Assembly (NCBI GenBank): GCA_965242965.1
Contig: OZ251518.1
Span: forward strand, 416,001-480,000
From: Candidatus Poribacteria bacterium
GTDB taxonomy: Bacteria > Poribacteria > WGA-4E > WGA-3G
Reading direction: 5' to 3'
DNA: 64,000 nucleotides
The notes beneath the pieces are model-generated. The model was not told where the DNA came from. It was given only the letters and a program-made list of their open reading frames with translations, and made no database searches. This document shows positions 20,730-29,455 of the stretch, one piece after another (the first letter of the stretch is position 1; each line of letters begins with the position of its first letter). Both the position numbers and the translations under genes were made by a program.

Positions 20730-21356
20730 ATGTTAAAAAAAGAGGAATGCCTAGAAATCATCGCCAAACATCGCACGAACGAGGTTGTCATCACGACGAT
20801 GGGAATGAGCGTGCCGTGGGCGAAGTTGTCAACGCATCCGCTAGACTACGCCTCTGTCGGCAGTGCGATGGGACATGCCGCCGATTTCGCGCTCGGTATT
20901 GCGCTAGCGAGACCGGAGAAGGAAGTTATCGTGTTGAATGGCGATGGGAGTATGTTGATGTGCCTCGGCACGCTGGCGACGATTACGGGGCTCCGCACGC
21001 CGCCTTCTAACTACATGCTGTTCGTGTGCGACAACGGCACTTACGAGGTTACGGGCAATCAACCTGTCCCCGGCAACCGCGGTTTCAGTTGGCCGACGAT
21101 TGCGACAGGTGTCGGTTTTCAGCAGGTTTATGAATTTTCGGAGGCGGACGCGCTTGATGCTGCTCTCCCGGAGCTCTTGAATCTGAAAGGGAAACGCGCG
21201 AAGGAAGCGGGGCCTGTCTTTGTCAATCTGAAGATTGCGCAAGCGGCGGAGCCGCCGCCAGATCGGTGGGGTGGTTTTCCGTATCCGTATTTGCAAGAAT
21301 CGCTTGCAGAATCCACGCATCAATTAAGACGCGCGCTTGAATGCGATGAGGTTTGA
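20730..21356 (+). CDS. Thiamine-pyrophosphate enzyme C-terminal subunit (sulfopyruvate/phosphonopyruvate decarboxylase beta-like)
   Basis: SAMGHA..ALGIALA, LNGDGSMLM and DNGTYEVTGNQ. Confidence 0.8.
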   Translation: MLKKEECLEIIAKHRTNEVVITTMGMSVPWAKLSTHPLDYASVGSAMGHAADFALGIALARPEKEVIVLNGDGSMLMCLGTLATITGLRTPPSNYMLFVCDNGTYEVTGNQPVPGNRGFSWPTIATGVGFQQVYEFSEADALDAALPELLNLKGKRAKEAGPVFVNLKIAQAAEPPPDRWGGFPYPYLQESLAESTHQLRRALECDEV

Positions 21357-22384
21357 TGATGTCCACGAAACTAGAGAAACGTCGTCTCGGGCGCACGGAG
21401 ATGCGTCCCAATTCGCTTGCACTCGGTGCGGCGTGGTTATGGCGAAAGCCTGATGCCGAAGTCATCGGCGGCATCCGACGCGCGGTTGAGCTGGGTATCA
21501 ACTATATTGATACGTATCCGGGGCATGCGGAGCATCTTTGGGGTGAGGCTTTGTCAAGGTGTCGAGACCGGGAGAGCTCTCCTACTGAATTGCATCGAGA
21601 CCAGGAGGTCTCTCCTACGGGAAAGCATCAGGACCGGGGGATTGCGCCTACGGTATTGCATCGAGACCAGGAGGTCTCTCCTACGGGGACGTTGCGTGAG
21701 CAGATTTACTTGCAGGCGAAGGTTGGCACGCACCCGGAACGGCGGAAGGATTTCTCGGCGGATGGAACGCGGTGGAGCGTGATGAATAGCCTCAAGCACC
21801 TTCGCACCGATTATCTGGATGCAGTGTTAATCCATGACCCGGAGGATATGGAGAGTGTGTTGGCACCAGGGCGCGCGTTGGATACGCTGGTGGAGATGAA
21901 AGCGGAAGGCTATGTGCGGCATATCGGTGCCGGGGTCCGCTCACACGAATTCCATCGGGCGTTCATTGAGACAGGACATATTGACATCATCCTCACTTTT
22001 TTGGACTACACGTTGTTGTCACAATCGGTTGCGGAGACGACGTTGCCGTTGGCTCGCGAGCATGACATCGGCATCATCCTCGCGAGCCCGTTGGGGATGG
22101 GGAGTTTGACCGGGGTGGAGCCGAACGTTGCAGATGAACGTCGGCGTAATCCGGATGCTGAGCCCAAAGCACATGCGATGTGGAAATGGTGTCAGGAACG
22201 CGGCGTGAACATCCGGCATCTGGCGATGCAGTTTTGCCTCGCTGCCCCGATAGATGGCGTTGTGATGTTCGGTCCCGCGGATACCGCGCAAATCAACGAT
22301 GGCTATGAAGCCGCCACTGCCGAGATTCCTCCCGAAATCTGGGAGGCGTTTGAGGCGGAATTTGGCATCACGCGCGGAATGTAA
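21356..22384 (+). CDS. Aldo/keto reductase with an in-frame REP-derived insert
   Basis: RRLGRT, GINYIDT, SLKHLRTDYLD..LIH, EGYVRHIG and ASPLGMG. Confidence 0.87.
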   Translation: MMSTKLEKRRLGRTEMRPNSLALGAAWLWRKPDAEVIGGIRRAVELGINYIDTYPGHAEHLWGEALSRCRDRESSPTELHRDQEVSPTGKHQDRGIAPTVLHRDQEVSPTGTLREQIYLQAKVGTHPERRKDFSADGTRWSVMNSLKHLRTDYLDAVLIHDPEDMESVLAPGRALDTLVEMKAEGYVRHIGAGVRSHEFHRAFIETGHIDIILTFLDYTLLSQSVAETTLPLAREHDIGIILASPLGMGSLTGVEPNVADERRRNPDAEPKAHAMWKWCQERGVNIRHLAMQFCLAAPIDGVVMFGPADTAQINDGYEAATAEIPPEIWEAFEAEFGITRGM

Positions 22385-22415
22385 GGAGGGCTCTCCTACC
22401 GCCCGCGTTTTAACT

Positions 22416-22681
22416 GAGGGTGTTTCATAAATCACTCAACGTCGCGGGAACAGGCTCCGCGCTACGGTGAAAAAAACGCCGCCCTTCACGTAGGGCGAGG
22501 GCCTGTCCCTCGCCATGCGTTTTGGTGTCAGACCGCATCACACCTGTAGGTCAAGATCGCCTGATCTTGACCCGTTTGTGATCAGGCGATCACAAACTAC
22601 AGAGGTGGGCCAAATGCCTTCCGGTATTCGCCCGCCCGCCAAGGCAGGATAAATACCGAAACGGAATTATGAAACACCCTC
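22416..22681. mobile_element. MITE-like element copy 3 (opposite orientation to copies 1 and 2)
   Basis: Both 15-bp TIRs are intact. Flanks TTTTAACT / TTCTAACC match at 6 of 8 positions. Confidence 0.82.
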
Positions 22682-22683
22682 TT

Positions 22684-23487
22684 CTAACCCCCTCTCACTC
22701 CCACTGCCAATTCCGAGGCGAACGCCTTCACCGCCGATAACAATGCAGCTTCATCGTCCTGATGTTCTTCAATCACGTTGACGATGGCACTGCCGACGAT
22801 GACACCGTCGGCGACTTGCGCGGCCTGTGCAGCCTGCGCAGGCGTGGATACACCGAAGCCGACGCTGATAGGTTTGTCCGTGTGCTTGCGGAGTTCGGCT
22901 ATCATCGGTGCGACTTCCTCGGACAGCGTTGCCCGCGCCCCTGTTACCCCCGTTAACGAAACGCAGTAGACAAACCCGGTGCTGACAGATGCGATGCGTT
23001 GCATCCGTTCCGGCGGGCTTGTCGGCGCGACGAGGAAAATGGTGGCGAGGTTATATTTCGGCGCGGCAGCTAGCAGCGGTTCAGCTTGTTCTGGCGGCAG
23101 GTCTGGGACGATGACACCGTCAACGCCTGCTTCCTGTGCGGCTTGGCAGAACGCCGTTTCGCCCATCCGGAAGATAGGGTTGTAGTAACTCATCAAGGCG
23201 ATGGGGATGTCAGTCTGCTGACGGAGCGTTGCCACTTGTGCCAAGATTTGCTGCAGCGAGATGCCGTGTGTGAGCGCGCGTTCGCTGGCGCGTTGGATGG
23301 TTGGCCCGTCTGCAATCGGGTCAGAGAAAGGCACTCCGAGTTCGATGAAGTCTGCGCCTGCTTCCTCCAGTGTGAGTAGGAGTTTGCTCGTAAGTTCAGG
23401 CGTTGGGTCTCCTGCACAGAGGTATGGCATGAAAGCGGGTGTCCCTCGGCTTTGGAGTTGCTGGAATTTGTGGTTGATTCGGTTCAT
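22684..23487 (-). CDS. trpA: Tryptophan synthase alpha chain
   Basis: AGDP, IELGVPFSDPIADGPTIQ, YYNP, VSLTGVTG, VGFGVS and DGVIVGSA. Confidence 0.97.
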   Translation of the reverse strand: MNRINHKFQQLQSRGTPAFMPYLCAGDPTPELTSKLLLTLEEAGADFIELGVPFSDPIADGPTIQRASERALTHGISLQQILAQVATLRQQTDIPIALMSYYNPIFRMGETAFCQAAQEAGVDGVIVPDLPPEQAEPLLAAAPKYNLATIFLVAPTSPPERMQRIASVSTGFVYCVSLTGVTGARATLSEEVAPMIAELRKHTDKPISVGFGVSTPAQAAQAAQVADGVIVGSAIVNVIEEHQDDEAALLSAVKAFASELAVGVRGG

Positions 23488-23521
23488 AGTTGTGGAATTT
23501 TAAGTCTTGCGAACCAGAGTG

Positions 23522-23836
23522 TTACATCTGTTGCAGAGCGAGATTTTTCTGAAACCGCTCAATTGCTTTTTCAATGCGTCTTCTTTCGTCAGGAATCTCT
23601 GATTCCCGGACCCCGAAAGCACGTCTCAGGGCAAAAGGAGGCACTGGACTAATGATCATGTGGCATCGTCCGCACAGCGTGATTAAATTGGACAAGTCAT
23701 CTGTTCCACCTCGGCGACGTGCTTTGATGTGGTGGACTTGAGGGGACTTGGGGGATTTTCCACATGCTTGACAGATTCGTTTATCTCGTCTAAGCACGGT
23801 GGCACGAATTGCCTGATTCATGGTTTGCTCCCTCAT
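23522..23836 (-). CDS. Small HNH endonuclease
   Basis: VLRRD..CQACG...QVHHI...GGTDDLSNLITLCGRCH. Confidence 0.88.
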   Translation of the reverse strand: MREQTMNQAIRATVLRRDKRICQACGKSPKSPQVHHIKARRRGGTDDLSNLITLCGRCHMIISPVPPFALRRAFGVRESEIPDERRRIEKAIERFQKNLALQQM

Positions 23837-24099
23837 GCTTCCGTTCGCGATTTTGCCGAAGTGGCAATGCGTTCAGTTACCCATTCCTGCACCAGCGTTG
23901 CGGGTGAAGTTCCGCGGGCGTTCGCGAGCGTCTTCACCACTTCCGCTTCGTTGGGGTTTAATCGCACGGTGACTTTGGTTTCAAAAACGGGTTCGGTGAC
24001 TTCCTCGAGTTCGTCCTCAAAATCAGTCAGATCGTGCGTATCCCAGAACTGCGCGAGTTCTGGGATGGAGTCGGTTTGGGGGATTTTGGAACGGTTCAT
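23833..24099 (-). CDS. CopG/BrnA-like antitoxin (RHH)
   Basis: DSIPELAQFWDTHDLTDF and VTVRL...LANARG...LVQEWV. Confidence 0.75.
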   Translation of the reverse strand: MNRSKIPQTDSIPELAQFWDTHDLTDFEDELEEVTEPVFETKVTVRLNPNEAEVVKTLANARGTSPATLVQEWVTERIATSAKSRTEA

Positions 24100-24124
24100 T
24101 GGTTCCTCCGCTATCGCTATGAGA

Positions 24125-26173
24125 TCAGGAGACGTTTTCCTGGAACCAATCCAACGACGGCCAGATTTCGTAGAAATAAAGGATTAATTCTTCCGCCCTC
24201 TCGCGAATTTCGTTGACATCCCATCTGTCATGCCTGTATATCTCCTTATTCAGTTTCAAGCGTGAATGCTTATTTAAAATTTTTTTCTTCTCGGCGAATT
24301 CCTTATCGCGCAGACGGGAGTTGAGCTGCCGTGTGACGAGCGTTAGGTTGCCTATACTTTGTAAGAAATCATCTCTCACTATCGCCAAATTAAAAGCATG
24401 CAAATAGGATTCTTTAGCCAACGCATCCCTGGAAGGTCTTCCGAAATTTGCCTTCTTCACTTTATCGGCATCAGCAAAGAATTGCGGGTTTTTCACTATA
24501 TAGTCGTCAGTAAAGAGTTCCTTGTAGTGGAGTAGAACACCCGCGTCTCCAACTTCGCTGTTGAGATAGAGGCCGTCCTTTTCGCGGACGATAGTTCCGG
24601 CGACTGGTAAACACCAAGTTTTTTTCCAATTTTTTGGCATTACGTGTTCCAAGGTAAAATTAGCGTCGTTAAAAACTGCAGGTTCTGTGAACTGGTCTTC
24701 ACTTATTTTCATCTGTTCAATCCGGTACAGGATGTAACGAATGAGTCTTATTTTGATTTGACCTGCTGTTTCAAACCAATGCCTATGCAACACAGCTTTG
24801 ATAGTCATATTGTCGGGAAAAACGACAGTATCCTCGTCAGGAAAGAGTGTTGGAGATTCGTCGTATTGAATGTGCAGTGCAGGTTCAACCTCATCATCAC
24901 TGGGATGCCTTAGTGTATCTGAGGTTTCCTTAACTAGGCGTTCTATGAATTTTCCAACACTAAAATCTTTTCCAAGTTCTTTAACGAGTTTAGAAAAGAA
25001 TTGGTTGAAATTTTTCACGCCGCCTTCGCCGCGACAGCACAACATACGCCGGATTGTGTAAGACTCCAGAATATCAAAGACGTGCTGAAGTGCGTCCCCG
25101 GATAGTCTTACTTCGCACGTTACAAATAAGATAAACGGATGCAGCGTTGTGAGGTTGAAGATTTGATAAAACTTCATTCTCCGACCGATTTCCGAATCAT
25201 CGTTGCAATCGGTCATTTCCTGATAAATCTCTGAATATCGCTTTAATTCGGAAAATTCGTGTTCTATGCCGAGGCAGTTATCCTCTAGTCCCCGACGATA
25301 CCGCCGCTGATACGCCTTAAACTCCGGTCTAACCTGCTCTGTTCCTAGTTTTGCCATGAGAAAGTGCTGGAGGAAGAGTTCGGAGGAGGTTCCCGAATTC
25401 TTTACTTCTGGATCCCAATAGGGAGTCTCAAAGTGTGCCCAGTACCGGTTATAGAATGTGTCTCTGTCTGCACCAGCCCTCAGAAATAGGTTATTCCGGA
25501 GTAAATCAAATTCAAGCAGACGTTTTCCTCTTGCATTGATCGACTCAAATATCTTTTCGGGTTCATCATCTGGACCCAGCGATATTTGAACCAGACCAAA
25601 GTCATGCAGAATTGAACGAAATAGGGCAAGTAATTTCTTTTTTTCGCCGTTCGCGTAATCCGCAATCTCATTTTTGAAATAGCAAAATGCTGAATGAATG
25701 CGGCTATCACTAGAACCTGCAAGTCCCTCAACTAGTGATTGGAATGCCTCTCTATCAAACTCGGTTGGAACAAGTTTATAGCGCTCATCTTCACTGAGCA
25801 GCATCCCTGAATTCTGTATGTAGAGGTTTACGTCGTTTGCAATGTCATCATAATTGTGTGCTTTGGATATATCTTTCAGCGCACAAAAGATAATTTGAAA
25901 CGTTGTAAGACGTTGTTGCCCATCAATAATTTCATATTTTGGGACTGTCCCGGCACTTGTCATCACTTGTTGGATGACGATGGCCCCAGTAAAATGGCTA
26001 AATTCTTGAGCTTGGTATTGTGAGGATTTTCGGTGCAATTTTCCTACAATATCTTCCCAAAGTGGTTGCCACTGATCCTCCCTGTTCCAGACGTAATGCC
26101 GCTGGAAAAGGGGGATTCGGAACTGCAAATTTTGTCCAAACAAAGAAGCTATCTGTAATTTGGTTACGTCCAT
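24125..26173 (-). CDS. GmrSD-family (DUF262 + DUF1524/HNH) modification-dependent nuclease
   Basis: IPLFQRHYVW, IIDGQQRLTT, IFESINARG, TLEHVMP...IGNLTL...LNS. Visibly AT-richer than the flanks. Confidence 0.88.
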   Translation of the reverse strand: MDVTKLQIASLFGQNLQFRIPLFQRHYVWNREDQWQPLWEDIVGKLHRKSSQYQAQEFSHFTGAIVIQQVMTSAGTVPKYEIIDGQQRLTTFQIIFCALKDISKAHNYDDIANDVNLYIQNSGMLLSEDERYKLVPTEFDREAFQSLVEGLAGSSDSRIHSAFCYFKNEIADYANGEKKKLLALFRSILHDFGLVQISLGPDDEPEKIFESINARGKRLLEFDLLRNNLFLRAGADRDTFYNRYWAHFETPYWDPEVKNSGTSSELFLQHFLMAKLGTEQVRPEFKAYQRRYRRGLEDNCLGIEHEFSELKRYSEIYQEMTDCNDDSEIGRRMKFYQIFNLTTLHPFILFVTCEVRLSGDALQHVFDILESYTIRRMLCCRGEGGVKNFNQFFSKLVKELGKDFSVGKFIERLVKETSDTLRHPSDDEVEPALHIQYDESPTLFPDEDTVVFPDNMTIKAVLHRHWFETAGQIKIRLIRYILYRIEQMKISEDQFTEPAVFNDANFTLEHVMPKNWKKTWCLPVAGTIVREKDGLYLNSEVGDAGVLLHYKELFTDDYIVKNPQFFADADKVKKANFGRPSRDALAKESYLHAFNLAIVRDDFLQSIGNLTLVTRQLNSRLRDKEFAEKKKILNKHSRLKLNKEIYRHDRWDVNEIRERAEELILYFYEIWPSLDWFQENVS

Positions 26174-26302
26174 ATTTAACTCCCCGTTGTTCGCTGTTTT
26201 CGCTAGTTCCGAAGGATTTCCGAAACGATTAGAGCGGCTCTAAACCGATTGGTGCGCCAAACGGAAAGTTCGCCGACGCGCTAAACCCCATCAATTTCAC
26301 TA

Positions 26303-26695
26303 AAGTTTGGATAATTTGCATCCAGGAACGATTGAATATCTTGCGAGTGGGTCGCTTTGAAGGTTCGCAAAGAAACCAACCCGCCGCGTCATGAATGCCC
26401 GGAAACGGGCTATCATACGATTAAACTCTTCAGAGTTGCAGGGAGTTCCAGCCCTACAAGTTGACTGCCTCCGTCGTTGAGTTACGTGACTTAGCGCGAT
26501 ACGCGCTCTTCGTGCGCTTTGGGGCGAGTGCTGCATCTCGGCTGCGACCGTTTGCCCGCGCAATTGAGAACAAAAACCTTGCATTTCAAACACATCGTCA
26601 GTATCGAGACCGGGAGGTCTCGCCTACTGGGGAAACGAAATCGTCCTGAACACAGAGGGCGATTGACACAAATTATCCAAACTTGAGACGCTACC
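26303..26695. mobile_element. Degenerate IS-like remnant bounded by a 16-bp inverted repeat
   Basis: AAGTTTGGATAATTTG at 26303-26318 and CAAATTATCCAAACTT at 26669-26684. The right end reads GGTAGCGTCTCAAGTT on the minus strand. Confidence 0.5.
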
Positions 26696-26698
26696 TTA

Positions 26699-26728
26699 AT
26701 TATACCATATTTCTACCCCATTTGTCAA
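26699..26728 (-). promoter_or_regulatory. Sigma70-like promoter facing the GmrSD gene
   Basis: TTGACA-N18-TATAAT with an extended TG on the minus strand. Confidence 0.6.
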
Positions 26729-26878
26729 ATTAAAATCAGCGGCGTTTAGTTTTCCAAATAGGGGTTGCGAGTTTGCTTCCGACAGATTAAGGACCTAACG
26801 GACCTTGTCTATAGCGCGACACGTTTTTCTATAACACGCAGGTCCTACGGACCTGAAGTTGGCGTTGTCGCACGCAGG

Positions 26879-27349
26879 CTAAGCGGGTTCCTCTAAATCG
26901 GTTAGATCTTCCACGTCGGCGATGTCCGCCAGCATGCGCGAATATTTGCGCAATTCGACTTGGAGAGCCGCGAGTCCATCACGGAAATCGGCCCGTTCAG
27001 ATTCACGCGCAAAGTCGCCAGCGAGACTGTTACGATGCCACTTGGCTGTGAACGGACGAATCACTTGGTTGAGGACGACAATCGCGATTTTGGTGAAGTT
27101 AATGCATTCCGGTCCGTTTTCGCGGATAACTTCGCGCGTGATCGCAAATAGCGAGTAGACGCTGTCCAATGCCGTTTTTTCGTCGCCGTGTTCAACTGGC
27201 AGTGGCTGCGTTGTGATTCGCGTCAGCAGTTCGATGTAGAGTGCCCACGCGGCGTTCTTGTCGGCTGTAGTCCACTCAAATTGGAGAACGGGAGACGCGA
27301 TTTTCAGGGTAGGCATCTCCCATTTTTCAAGAAAATTTGAGAGGTTCAT
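26879..27349 (-). CDS. Hypothetical protein (helical)
   Basis: Clean ORF with a GAGGAG RBS. Segments AAWALYIELLTRITTQPL and VLNQVIRPFTAKWH look conserved. Confidence 0.75.
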   Translation of the reverse strand: MNLSNFLEKWEMPTLKIASPVLQFEWTTADKNAAWALYIELLTRITTQPLPVEHGDEKTALDSVYSLFAITREVIRENGPECINFTKIAIVVLNQVIRPFTAKWHRNSLAGDFARESERADFRDGLAALQVELRKYSRMLADIADVEDLTDLEEPA

Positions 27350-27392
27350 TTTCTCCTCTGCTTTGTCCCATTAAAATCTCTATGGCACGCTG

Positions 27393-27596
27393 TCAATTGT
27401 GAGCAGCACGCTTGGCGATGAGTTCGCGGATAGTTGGGAGTAGTTCTTGAGGCACCTCTATAACTGTTGAGAGGTTATCTGCGAATGCAGCCTCATCTTC
27501 AGCGACGGCTTCATCCTCTGTCTGTTGCTTATAGTGAGCAATGACGCTTTGAACCCGTTCTTCATCCCAATTGTCAGGAAAATCGTTTTGTTTCAT
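27393..27596 (-). CDS. Small acidic antitoxin-like protein
   Basis: FP.NWDEERVQ.VIAHY..QTEDEAVAEDEAA...IEVP.EL.P.IRELIA. Confidence 0.65.
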   Translation of the reverse strand: MKQNDFPDNWDEERVQSVIAHYKQQTEDEAVAEDEAAFADNLSTVIEVPQELLPTIRELIAKRAAHN

Positions 27597-27645
27597 CGTC
27601 TAAAGGATACCACCCTACGAAAAATTTTGCAAGTTAAAATTCCCA

Positions 27646-28104
27646 TTACGCAAATTCCAATTCCATTGATTCCCCAGGTTCCAAATTCTCCCATCGCCGT
27701 AACAATTCACGGAGTTGAAAGCGCATGGACTCTATCTGTGCCTCGGTGACGTTTGCAGGAAGATACGCGCTGTCTTTCTCAAGCAGTGGTGCAGGAAAAC
27801 TCTCCCACAATTCCGCTTGTAACAAAGCAACAATAGGTTCAACTGCTATCGCCTCCTGCGGGATTTCAAAGGGACGTTCGGATTTCGGGCGGCTAAAATC
27901 GGGGATGTCGTGTCCCTTGGCGACGAGCCCGAAGAAGGCGTTGCCGAAACCGAGCGTCGTTTCAACAACGTAGTGCGCGAAGTCATGCTGCACGAACCCG
28001 CGGTGGATATGTGTCCACGTGATACTGCTGTCGTCGCGGATGCAGGTGAGCGTGTCGGGTTTGTGCTTCGCCTGATGTTTGCCTTTTTTGAAGCGGAGAA
28101 GCAT
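27646..28104 (-). CDS. Hypothetical protein
   Basis: Operon-like spacing and an HDFAHYVVE motif (possible metal site). Confidence 0.7.
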   Translation of the reverse strand: MLLRFKKGKHQAKHKPDTLTCIRDDSSITWTHIHRGFVQHDFAHYVVETTLGFGNAFFGLVAKGHDIPDFSRPKSERPFEIPQEAIAVEPIVALLQAELWESFPAPLLEKDSAYLPANVTEAQIESMRFQLRELLRRWENLEPGESMELEFA

Positions 28105-28108
28105 CGGT

Positions 28109-28363
28109 TTAATCCTGCTGCTGTTGTGAGTAGATTTGCCATAACGCCTGCGGATTATCCAAACTCAGCGCGACGATGCCGCATTCGCCGCACACGGTTG
28201 CACGCAGTACCTCCCGATGGGCATCTTTGAAAACGAGGGCATCGGGTTTACCGTGAATTTCCACTTCTAATTCGTGGGACCAGTTGCCATCACCGCGGTC
28301 CTGAATTTTCAGATCGCGCATGATTTTCTCAGAACCGCAGCGCGAACATTTCAGTTGAGCCAT
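28109..28363 (-). CDS. Small zinc-ribbon protein
   Basis: CSRCGS...VCGECG with an AAGGAGG RBS. Confidence 0.75.
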   Translation of the reverse strand: MAQLKCSRCGSEKIMRDLKIQDRGDGNWSHELEVEIHGKPDALVFKDAHREVLRATVCGECGIVALSLDNPQALWQIYSQQQQD

Positions 28364-28376
28364 GAGATCGTCCTCC

Positions 28377-28979
28377 TTATGCGTTTTGTTCTTCGATTTG
28401 GTGTAAAGCCTCGCTGATGTAGCGGCGGATCCACTCGCTTTCGGTAGTCTCAGCTAAAGCGTTGAGTGCCGAGACCGCCTGTGGGTTGCCAATTCTGCCG
28501 AGTGCGACGACAGCAGCGGAGCAGACAGCTCTGTCGGCATCTGCCATGCTGGCTATCAGGGCCTCTATGACTTGACTCGGCGGCGTTGGAGTTAACCCCA
28601 GTTCTCCGAGTGCGACGACGGCGGCGCATCGCATATCCGGTTCTTCATCGTGAATGAACGGAATTAGGACATCAACAGCGCGTTCATCGCGGAGATGCCC
28701 TAGCGAGGAAATGGCGAACCGTCGGACGGTGGTGTTTTCATCGCTTAATGCCCCGATGAGGGGCGCGATGGCATGCACATCGCCGATGGAGCCCAGGCCT
28801 TCTGCGGCATAGGCACGGATTTCATAGGACTCCGAGCGCAATTTCCGCAAAAGCAGCCGAGTCGGGATATACCGCCAATTTCGGAGCGGTCCGTTTCGGT
28901 GCAAGAGCCAATGGATTATGGCGCGGATTTTTTGTGATAGGGAGCGGTTTGCATCCGGTCCGTTGGCTTTTTGCGTCAT
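28377..28979 (-). CDS. HEAT (PBS-lyase-like) repeat protein
   Basis: Repeated VR..AA.ALG.IGD..AV..LI..L.D units. Start placed at MTQK. Confidence 0.85.
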   Translation of the reverse strand: MTQKANGPDANRSLSQKIRAIIHWLLHRNGPLRNWRYIPTRLLLRKLRSESYEIRAYAAEGLGSIGDVHAIAPLIGALSDENTTVRRFAISSLGHLRDERAVDVLIPFIHDEEPDMRCAAVVALGELGLTPTPPSQVIEALIASMADADRAVCSAAVVALGRIGNPQAVSALNALAETTESEWIRRYISEALHQIEEQNA

Positions 28980-28987
28980 CGGTTCAC

Positions 28988-29221
28988 CTATGGAAAGAAA
29001 CTCTTGATCAACGCCATGAGCGCGATGAAAACCGACGCGATGGCTATCCAAGTCGCGCGTCGCGCTAATGTTTCGCTCTTCGCCTCTTCTCTGCCTTCAA
29101 GTTTGCCGCGAATCCAACCGACTTCGCGCTCCAAGGACTCAAAATGTTTTTGTGTCTCGTCGCGAAAAGTTTCAAAGCGTTGGGTTAGACGCTCAATGGC
29201 TTTCAAAATTTGTTCGTTCAT
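28988..29221 (-). CDS. Small coiled-coil protein with a C-terminal TM helix
   Basis: LEREVGWIRGKLEG followed by WIAIASVFIALMALI. Upstream TTGCTA-N18-TATAAT. Confidence 0.65.
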   Translation of the reverse strand: MNEQILKAIERLTQRFETFRDETQKHFESLEREVGWIRGKLEGREEAKSETLARRATWIAIASVFIALMALIKSFFP

Positions 29222-29455
29222 GAAAAGCCTGCTCTTTTGTGTTTGATAAAATTATTATACCATAGTTTGCATTTGGATAGCAAATTATTTTTTGAGGTAT
29301 TGTAGTTTGGTGCGGGCAGCGGGTTCGTCTGTGTGTTTAGCATGGCGAGGGACAGGCCCTCGCCCTACGATGAGGACAAACTACCGTAGCGCGGGGGCCT
29401 GTCCCCCGCGAATTTGTCGCGACAAAGCAAACGTTCCTTCGCCCGTGGCCGCGCG

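Noticed and set aside
26300-26593. 97-aa minus-strand ORF upstream of GmrSD
   Set aside because: No recognisable motif or RBS, and it lies inside the inverted-repeat remnant.
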